A stretch of 24,363 nucleotides of DNA, from positions 1 through 24,363 of the forward strand of contig NW_021836399.1 of NCBI RefSeq assembly GCF_006345805.1, written 5' to 3'. A program made the translations under genes and the position numbers. Below are positions 10,562 to 19,159 of the stretch, one piece after another. Below the pieces are notes generated by a model that was not told the DNA's origin, ran no database searches, and saw nothing but the letters and a program-made list of their open reading frames with translations. The stretch's first letter is position 1; each line of letters opens with the position of its first letter. Source of the stretch: Octopus sinensis (lineage: Eukaryota).

Positions 10562-11374
10562 AGCCTCGCTACAACTACCTTTTATCTTTGCACTTATCAT
10601 CTTTATTCTTTCACTATTCTTCAATTTCCATCTCATTGTATTGTTCCTCATTCTTTCAGTATTCCCTCATTACCCTGTCTAGCTCAAACATTTTTTTCGT
10701 TTAGTCTTGTCTCCCGGTTCATAGCCACTCTGATTTTTCAAACCCATTTGCTAGCTCACACGATTAACAGAACCTCTTACTAAGCTACGGTGTTGTATTA
10801 GTTATCAATAATGATTATTCCCTCTGATTTTTCAAACTTATTTTCTAGCTCACACGATTAACAGAACGTCTTTGATTTTCAAACCTATTTATCAATAATG
10901 TTTATTATCGACAATGCCGTCCCCAGTCAAATTTCCTCACACCGCTTTATTCCCACGTGTTCCTTGACCTCTCTCTCTAACTAACCCTATCTCTCTCCCT
11001 ATGTTTCTCTATGTCCCCCCTTCCCATAACCATCATCGCCATATATAAAAGAGCGATCGCATTATCGTTAACCCCACTCGCTTCCAAATATCTAAAGACG
11101 AACTACGCACAGATCATGAATGGCTAAAGCTAAGTGACTCGTTCAGCCTCGCTACAACTACCTTCTATCTTTGCACTTATCATCATTATTCCTTCACTAT
11201 TCTTCGATTACCATCTCATTGTATTGTTCCTCATTCTTTCAGTATTCCCTCATTACCCTGTCTAGCTCAAACATTTTTTCGTTTAGTCTTGTCTCCCGGT
11301 TCATAGCCACTCTGATTTTTCAAACCCATTTGCTAGCTCACACGATTAACAGAACCTCTTACTAAGCTACGGTG
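10562..11374. repeat. ~230-bp direct repeat (10562-10792 and 11145-11374), possibly LTR-derived
   Basis: Copies differ by five substitutions and one indel. The intervening segment starts TGTTGT (10791), contains TATATAAAA (~11042) and holds a partial third copy (~10820-10870). The repeat is certain; the LTR identity is inferred. Confidence 0.85.
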
Positions 11375-11669
11375 CACCCGCCCTCCCAACCCTCCACACA
11401 TGCCGGAAGTTCCTATTCTTTGCCATCCCGGGGTTGCTTCCCATGAAGACTGCAAAAGCTCTTTCACCATCCCTACCCCTAGTCTCGACCTATGTAAGGT
11501 AATGTTCATACAGTGCAAAATATGAAAGGCTAGTGTATGCAGGTTGTACTGAAGGCTACTTTACTACTTCATTACTTGCACATGAATTCTGCCAAATGCG
11601 AGCTTTCTTTTCAGGTACACGAAGCTACTGTCCACCGTCCCAGGGTCTCTAGAGCCATGCTTCCCACCC

Positions 11670-14600
11670 CTCAGGGTTGGCACCCCAACGTTGGCACACT
11701 GAAAGGTAGGTCTGGTGAGATAGTCGAGATGCTTGAACGGAGATGTGTGGATATATGTTGCATGCAAGAAATAAGGTGGAGAGGAGGATCAGCTAGGTTC
11801 CTCACAGGCAAGGAACGCAGGTACAAGATTTTCTGGGCAGGGAACACTGACGGGTTGGTGGCGTGGGTATACTTATCGCTGAGAAATGGGTAGATAAAGT
11901 AATTGAGGTAATCAGAGTATGTGACAGAATACTTAAGATTAGATTAGTGCTTCATCATAGTTTAGCAACCATTATATCAGCCTATGCTCCTCAGTCGGGG
12001 CTACCCGATGGACAGAAAGACCGATTCTATGACACTCTACTGCAGACTACCTCGTTGACGAACGACAGAGACCTTATCTTTGTGGCTGGTGACTTCAATG
12101 GTCACGTTGGACGACATGCTGGGGGCTTCCATGGCATACATGGAGGCTATGGCTATGGCTCCCGCAACGAGGAGGGAACCAGGCTGCTGGAGTTCTGCGA
12201 TGCAAATAATCTTAAGATTTGCAACACTAACTTCAGGAAACCTACCAGCCACCTAGTCACTTACCGATCGGGCCAACATACCAGCCAAATTGACTACATC
12301 CTTGCAAGGCAAAGGGAGAGATGGCTGCTTATAAATGCCAAAACCTTCCCAGGTGAAGAATGTACCCCACAACGTAGACTGGTAGTTAGTGACTTTAGGA
12401 TCAAGACTAGGAGGACAACCAGAAGACGACCAATATGGAGAAGAAGGATCTGGAAGCTTAAAGATCCTGCAAATGGACAGAGATTTAGGGACATATTACT
12501 TGAAGCCTTTGACGAAGTAGAAGGGGATAGAGCATCACAGCGGGTAGAAGACAACTGGACGTTTCTAAGGGACAACCTGCTGAGAGTCACTGACCAGATC
12601 TGTGGCTGGTGCAAAGTCTCCTCTCGACCTAGAATAACGTGGTGGTGGAACAATATTGTAGACAGGGCTATTGAGAAAAGAGACAGGCTTGGAAGGTCTG
12701 GAAAAATGGGGGTAGCAGGGAATTGTATCAGACTGCCAAAAGAGAAGCTAGGAGACAGGTTTATTTAGCCAGAGGGGAAGCAGATAAGAAAAAATTTGCC
12801 AATGTTCTGCACCGTGAGGACCAAAGACTGGAGGTGTTTCGCGTTGCAAGACAGTGTGTGAGAGAGAATCGTGATGTGGTAGGAGAGAAGTGTGTTCGCA
12901 TGGAAGATGGTTCACTTGCGCTAAATGAGGATGCAAAGAGAGAGGTTTGGAGATGCCACTATGAAATTGCTGAATAAAGAAAATGAATGGGATAAAGAGA
13001 GTCTGCCGAATGTTGACCCAACAGAGGGACCAGCTATCCGAGTTGATAGTTCCGTGGTAGCTAAGGCAATTAGAAGCATGAAGACAGGGAAAGCCCCAGG
13101 CCCATCAGGAATCACTGCAGAGATGCTCAAAATGTCTGGTAGTGTCGGCTATAGCCTAGTCACCCGTATAGTTAATCAGGTGATACACAAAGGAGTCATA
13201 CCCAATGACTGGTGTAGCAGCATAATAGTCAACTGCTACAAAGGTAAAGGTGATGCCCTAGATACAAATAACTACAGAGGTATCAAGCTGTTGGATCAGG
13301 TGATGAAGGTTACGGAGAGGGTCATAGCCCAACTAATTAGAGAGAGAGTTAGTTTAGATGAGATGCAGTTTGGGTTTGTGCCAGGGAAAAGTACTACTGA
13401 TGCTATATTCCTGGTAAGGCAGCTGCAGGAGAAATACCTAGCCAAAGATAAGCCCTGTACCTGGCTTTTGTTGACATGGAGAAAGCCTTCGACAGGGTCC
13501 CCCGATCCCTTATCTGGTGGTCAATGAGAAACTAGGGATAGATGAATGGTTAGTGAGAGCTGTGCGGGCCATGTATAGGGACGCTTCTAGTAGGGTGAGG
13601 GTTGGAAACGAGTACAGTGAAGAATTCCGGGTAGAGGTAGGGGTCCACCAAGGCTCAGTCCTCAGCCCCCTCCTATTTATCATAGTCCTCCAGGCAATAA
13701 CGGAGGAATTCAAGACAGGATGCCCTTGGGAGCTCCTCTATGCTGATGACCTTGCTCTAATTGCTGAGTCACTATCAGAACTGGAGGAGAAGTTTCAGGT
13801 GTGGAAACAAGGATTAGAATCGAAGGGCCTCAGAGTCAATCTAGCTAAAACCAAAGTCGTAATCAGTAGGAAGGTAGAAAATCACAAACACCCTTCAGGT
13901 AGATGGCCCTGCTCGATCTGTAGAAAGGTGTAGGTAGAAACTCTATAAGATGCACCAAGTGTAAGCTATGGACACATAAGAGGTGCAGCAATGTCAAAGG
14001 AAGGCTAACTAGGAAGATGGTTTTTGTATGTGGCAGATGCTCAGGAACAATAAACACTGAAAATGCTCTGAGACCAACTTCCGTCACTTTCCAGGGAGAA
14101 AAACTAGAAATAGTTGATAGTTTCCGTTACCTAGGTGACCAAGTCAGCAGCGGGGGCGGGTGTGCTGAAAGTGTAACTGCTAGAGTAAGAATAGCTTGGG
14201 CAAAGTTCAGAGAGCTCTTACCTCTGCTGGTGACAAAAGGCCTCTCGCACAGAGTGAAAGGCAGACTGTATGATGCGTGTGTACGAACAGCCATGCTACA
14301 TGGCAGTGAAACATGGGCCGTGACTGCTGAGGATATGCGTAAGCTCGCAAGAAATGAAGCCAGTATGCTCCGATGGATGTGTAATGTCGTACTCATACTC
14401 GGCAGAGTGTAAGTACCTTGAGAGAAAAGCTGGACCTAAGAAGCATCAGTTGTGGTGTGCAAGAGAGACGTTTGCGCTGGTATGGTCATGTGGCGAGAAT
14501 GGATGAAGATAGTTGTGTGAAAAAGTGCCACACCCTAGCGGTTGAGGGAACCTGCGGAAGAGGCAGACCCAGGAAAACCTGGGACGAGGTGGTGAAGCAC

Positions 14601-14693
14601 GACCTTCGAAATTTAGGTCTCACTGAGGAAATGACTAGAGACCGAGACCTCTGGAAGTGTGCTGAGCGCGAGAAGACCCGGCAGGACAAGTGA
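11670..14693 (+). pseudogene. RTE ORF: apurinic endonuclease + reverse transcriptase + PHD-like zinc finger, at least seven frameshifts
   Basis: Consecutive frames give LRVGT/NVGTL..CMQE.RW, SAYAPQ, GDFNGHVG, SQIDYIL, KAPGPSG, YKGKGD..NYRGI, QFGF.PG.ST.DAI, D.EKAFDRV, GVHQGSVLSPLLF, YADD, N.AKTKV, YLGD. Confidence 0.93.
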
Positions 14694-14846
14694 GTCCATA
14701 ATCCGTGGCCTTCTACATGGGATGGAGCCAGCCTACGTATGCATACCTTCCCTTCTTGGGACACAAAACTCTACTTGTGAAGACCTGTTGAGGCAAGTGA
14801 GGATCAGAATCGAAATCGATCAATGGAAATTGCAGATGTGTTACCA

Positions 14847-15062
14847 GTGCCGGTGGCATGTAAGAGAACCTTCCGTTTCGCGACCGTTGCCAGCACCGCC
14901 CCGACTGGCCTCGTGCCGGTGGCACGTAAAAAGCACCATCCGTTCGTGTCCGTTGCCAGCCTAGCCTGGCCCTCGTGCCGGTGGCACATAAAAAGCACCA
15001 TCCGTTCGTGGCCGTTTGCCAGCTCTGTCTGGCACCTGTGCGGGTGGCATGTAAAAAGCACC
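14847..15062 (+). repeat. Four ~63-bp tandem units in the RTE 3' UTR, each opening with a GTGCC-GGT-GGCAC-type hairpin
   Basis: Units start at 14847, 14913, 14975 and 15038 with consensus GTGCCGGTGGCAYRTAAAAAGCACC. Confidence 0.85.
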
Positions 15063-15456
15063 CACTACACTCACGGAGTGGTTGGCGTTAGGAAGGGCAT
15101 CCAGCCGTAGAAACACTGCCAGATTTGACTGGGCCTGATGAAGCCTTCTGGCTTCACAGACCCCAGTAGAACCGTCCAACCCATGCTAGCATGGAAAACG
15201 GACGCTGAACGATGATGATGATGATGATGATGATATAAATTATATATATATGTATATATAATATATATAACAGGAATCAGAAATATATATATACACACAC
15301 ACACATATACATATATATACAATCATATATATATAATATGATTATATATATATATTTAATATAATTATCTATATGTATACAAATATAATACATATATACA
15401 TGTATATATAATATATATTATATATATATATATAAGATATATATATATATATATAT

Positions 15457-15818
15457 ATATTCATTTATATTATATTGAGTGTACTACTATTCGTAATAAC
15501 CAACCCGCTAAGAGGACCAATGCGGTCAAAACTACTAAAAATAAACAAAATTTTACCGAATGCAAAACTTCAAAACACATCATTTTGAAAAGAATTCAGT
15601 TACATATCACAATGTGATTTCGCATTTAATGCAGAATATTCTGCATTAATGCGATATCACATGTGATATGTAACTGAATTCTTTTTTAAAATGATGTGTT
15701 TTGAAGTTTTGCATTCGGTAAAATTTTGTTTATTTTTTAGTATTTTGACCGCATTGGTCCCTCTTAGCGTGTTGGTATCTACGAATAGTAGTACCCTCAA
15801 TATAATATAAATGAATAT
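15457..15818. repeat. ~362-bp spacer-less imperfect palindrome (foldback element)
   Basis: Symmetry centre at GCAGAAT|ATTCTGC (15637/15638). The arms match over ~180 bp with roughly ten substitutions or indels. Confidence 0.93.
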
Positions 15819-15912
15819 TTTCAAAGAGGAAGAATTTACGGATTTTTTCTCTTACGAGGCTTTTCACGCTGACTACTGATAATTTCTTTAAAGATTTTAT
15901 CCTCAATTGTTA

Positions 15913-15977
<65 letters not shown>

Positions 15978-16080
15978 ATATACGAAGCTTTATGAAAATA
16001 GACAAAAAAGAAGACGAGCAGGTAGAAAACAACGAACAATTGTATTAGTATGGCGCCTCAGGAAATATAAATAAAACAAG

Positions 16081-16119
16081 TCTTTAACGTTTCGAGCCTA
16101 CCGCTCTTCAACAGAAAGA
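16081..16119 (-). ncRNA. Minimal hammerhead-like ribozyme variant (core CUGUUGA)
   Basis: The minus strand reads UCUUU-CUGUUGA-A-GAGC GGUAG GCUC-GAAAC-GUU-AAAGA. It has a 5-bp stem I, a 4-bp stem II and an AACGUU palindrome in place of stem III. A6 is replaced by U. It lies in a ~190-bp element embedded in (TA)n. Confidence 0.6.
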
Positions 16120-16426
16120 TACACAAGAGAAAAAAACACAGAAAGAAGGACAGAAAAAAAATGCGTGCAGTAGCTAACGAATCAACATATATATATGTAT
16201 ATATATACATATATATATACATATATACATATATATATATACAGATTTATATATATATACTATATAGATATATATTATAATATATATATATATATATATA
16301 TACTTTCAAACATATAAGGGATGGCTATAATAGACATCCGACTCACTAGATAGAGCAGTTAAACTCCAAACCACTAATAGTTGTAATTCTGAAATGGAAA
16401 GAGAAATAAAAACGTTTACCCTCTCG

Positions 16427-16519
16427 TTTCTGGACTATGCATAGTTTCGGCAATCTTTTGTAAATAAATTAAATTAAATTAAATTTATTTAACACTGGCG
16501 TTGCACTCATCAGCAGAAA
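16427..16519 (-). ncRNA. Canonical type I hammerhead ribozyme with an extended AU-rich stem II
   Basis: The minus strand reads UUUCUG-CUGAUGA-GUGCAA...UUGCC-GAAAC-UAUGCAUA-GUC-CAGAAA. It has a 6-bp stem I, all core nucleotides, a G10.1-C11.1 pair and a palindromic stem III ACUAUGCAUAGU. Predicted cleavage is after GUC, between 16433 and 16432. Confidence 0.88.
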
Positions 16520-16715
16520 AGCCAAGGACTACCATATATTCACGAGGCCATAACGAGCATGCCTTGAGTCTATATGCTATAAATTTTCAAAATCCACCGC
16601 ATTCGCGCGGTTTTCTCAGCAGTAAATATAAACTGCCGATTTAATTTCAAAATTAGCCAAAAAATCATTAATTAATAAATTTTAGGGTAGCAAAAAAATA
16701 CATATATACATATAT

Positions 16716-16796
<81 letters not shown>

Positions 16797-17051
16797 ATTT
16801 ACATATATATATTTATTCATATATATATATATATATGAGTGCGTTTGTATGTATTTGTGCGTATGTTTGTAAATATATGCATGTAAGCTTGTATGTATAC
16901 ATGTGTGTGTGTGTGCAGGCGTGTGAAATGTATGTGTAGTTTTTGGCATAATGACCCACCTGCAATGCAACAGAATATGGTTTAAGTTCATAACGAGAAA
17001 CATGCAAACGAAATGCAAGTGCGAATTATATACAAATACACACACACACAT

Positions 17052-17157
17052 ATATAAATTCTATAACTATAAGCATAATTATAATTAAGGTTCAGCAAAT
17101 TGCTTCACCACATACCGAAATTTAGAAATAGCAGTTAAATACTATTCCTCTACCATA
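17052..17157. mobile_element. Solo arm of MITE family B
   Basis: Colinear with 19601-19710 (AAATTCTATAA..GGTTCAGCAAA..CTTCACC.CATACCGAAATTTAGAAATAGCAGTTAAA..TACCATA). Confidence 0.8.
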
Positions 17158-17466
17158 AGATATCTCCCAGACAGCAATTAATTAACTAATTTTACTCTTT
17201 ATCATTATTGAATATATATATACATGTATGTATGTATGTATGTATGTATGTATGTATGTATGTATGTATGTATGTATGTATGTATTATGTACGTACATAC
17301 ATACATATATATATATATATATAAATATATGTATGTATGTACATACATACATACATATATATATATATAAATATATATATGTATGTATGTATGTATCGTT
17401 GCTATTATGCAAAAGTGTCGTAAGTCCAAAACGTTGCGTTTTCAGTAAACGAGAAAATAGTCTCAC

Positions 17467-17560
17467 CATTCCATAGCAAAATCGTTGTACAACATTTTGA
17501 CAATTTTTAATATCTTGGCATCTGAAGCAGCTGGAGATACGATAGTTTGACCAAGAAACC
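17467..17560 (-). CDS. Candidate 94-nt internal coding exon of an unidentified host gene
   Basis: The acceptor reads TTTATTTTTGTTTGCATTTGCAG|G and the donor ATG|GTGAGA. Two of three frames are open (FLGQTIVSPAASDAKILKIVKMLYNDFAME, or VSWSNYRISSCFRCQDIKNCQNVVQRFCYGM). The sequence is non-repetitive within the window. The protein was not recognised. Confidence 0.45.
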
Positions 17561-17660
17561 CTGCAAATGCAAACAAAAATAAATATTGGAAAAAACGCAT
17601 TTGGTCAAATTTGAAGATACGACAGTTTAACATAGTAACGACAATGCACACACACACAGG

Positions 17661-17693
<33 letters not shown>

Positions 17694-17844
17694 GGATATA
17701 AATGTATTTGTATTTTCTCAATGAGTACAAATAACAAGGAAAAAATAAATAAATAGTTACCAGGATAGCAAAAATTTACATAAGTGCCAAGGATATTACA
17801 ACCTACTTAGAAGTTCCAAGGTTGCTGAAATGTTTTTGACAACG

Positions 17845-18093
17845 TAGATAAATTAAGAAATAGAGTTAAACGCAGGTGTTATTAAAATTTTTATACTTCC
17901 GGCATATGTTTCGAAGAAAACATTGGTATTATTCCGGAGGGAATAAAATGAAGTAAAACAATGTAATCATCTCATCAGGGATGTTTCTCTTTTTTTCCAG
18001 ACAAGATGACTACATTATTTTTACATCCTTTTATTTCGGAAGTATAAAGATTTGAATAACACCTGCGTTTAACTCCATTTCTTAATTTATCTA
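17845..18093. mobile_element. Foldback element with long imperfect inverted arms and TA ends, containing a degenerate hammerhead
   Basis: TAGATAAATTAAGAAATAGAGTTAAACGCAGGTGTTATT...TATACTTCCG is inverted as CGGAAGTATA...AATAACACCTGCGTTTAACTCCATTTCTTAATTTATCTA; weaker symmetry continues to the centre. Confidence 0.85.
17895..17984 (-). ncRNA. Degenerate type I hammerhead motif (probably inactive)
   Basis: The minus strand reads ACAUCC-CUGAUGA-GAUGA UU ACAUUG...CAAUGU UU UCUUC-GAAAC-AUAU-GCC-GGAAGU. The core is intact, but the cleavage triplet is GCC (U16.1 to C), and stems I and II each have one mismatch. Confidence 0.5.
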
Positions 18094-18094
18094 T

Positions 18095-18319
18095 TTCTTT
18101 TACTCTTTTACTTGTTTCAGTCATTTGACTGCGGCCATGCTGGAGCACCGCCTTTAGTCGAGCAAATCGACCCCAGGACTTATTCTTTGGAAGCCTAGTA
18201 CTTATTCTATCGGTCTCTTTTGCTGAACCGCTAAGTTATGGGGACGTAAACACACCAATATCAGTTGTCAAGCGATGTTGGGGTGACGAACACAGACACA
18301 CAAACACACACGCATATAT

Positions 18320-18355
<36 letters not shown>

Positions 18356-18532
18356 CTTATACATATATACAACGGGCTTCTTTCAGTTTCTGTCTACCAA
18401 ATCCACTCACAAGGCTTTGATCGGCAAGAGGCTATAGTAGAAGACACTTACCCAAGTTGCCACGCATTGGGACTGAAACCGGAACCATGTGGTTGGTAAG
18501 CAATCTACTTACCACACAGCCACTCCTGCGCC
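18095..18532 (-). mobile_element. tRNA-derived SINE (family A), full length
   Basis: Colinear with 9528-9910 and with the reverse complement of 23554-23972; A and B boxes present. Confidence 0.93.
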
Positions 18533-18747
18533 TATATATTTATAATAAATAGTTTACTTTTTCGGTAAGATAAGATCATCAAAAAAGTACTCCATCTGGT
18601 GAGAGATTAAACATTAACTAATATGTAGTATTTTAGTTAAGCTTCCACTTCAAATTTTCTCAAACTGTTGCTTAGAATTTCCCAGAACCAATCATGAGAC
18701 AGAAATGAAACTTTAGGTTTCACGATTGGTTACGTGCAACTCTAAAA

Positions 18748-19159
18748 GGATCTTTTTGGTTTGAACGGCAGTTTTTTAAAATAATTTCCACGTAACTAAA
18801 CACTTTTAAACTTCTTATACTGGTAGAATGTGTTTATAAAACATCTTTTTCTCTTGGCTTTATTGAGAAAATTCTATAGTTTGTAAGATATTTGTAGTTT
18901 TTTTTCTTCAATTTCTGCAATTTCAACCAATTAATGACGTCTATTGAGGTAAAAAAACATACTGTGCCTTATGAATATGTCCCTCGTTTAAGAAACTGAT
19001 TGGGTTTATTTACATTTCTGAAGAAAAAATACATCCTTCCCCCCACCCCTAACCCTAAAACAGATTGAAATGCAATAGAGCGATACTAGGGTCATAATTA
19101 TGGGTGACAATTTCATATGACACTGCTAGAAAAAACTGCCGTTCAAACTGAAAAGATCC
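18748..19159. mobile_element. MITE family A, copy 3, with an 8-bp TSD
   Basis: Termini GGATCTTTTTGGTTTGAACGGCAGTTTTTT and AAAAAACTGCCGTTCAAACTGAAAAGATCC. CTCTAAAA occurs at 18740-18747 and 19160-19167. The centre is inverted relative to copy 1, with a short CCCTAA tract, and the right arm is reduced to ~30 bp. Confidence 0.9.

Larger units (their letters stand above)
11375..15234 (+). mobile_element. Near full-length RTE-clade non-LTR retrotransposon, inactivated
   Basis: An APE domain, an RT with YADD (13739-13750), a C-terminal RRLRWYGHV motif, a 3' UTR and a (GAT)8 tail at 15211-15234. The 5' boundary is uncertain and no TSD was found. Confidence 0.92.

Noticed and set aside
15130-15160. 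CUGAUGA-AGCC-UUCU-GGCU in the RTE 3' UTR as a hammerhead
   Set aside because: No GAAA follows, and the second copy (19916-20056) reads CTGGTGC at this position.
11333-15322. Minus-strand and alternative-frame ORFs over the RTE element
   Set aside because: They are shadow ORFs of the plus-strand RT coding sequence and UTR, with no independent motifs.
17463-17657. ORF read as a secreted peptide starting MRFFQYLFLFAFAG
   Set aside because: The apparent signal peptide is the T-rich polypyrimidine tract of a splice acceptor, and the stop lies within a GTGAGA donor. An internal exon is the simpler reading.
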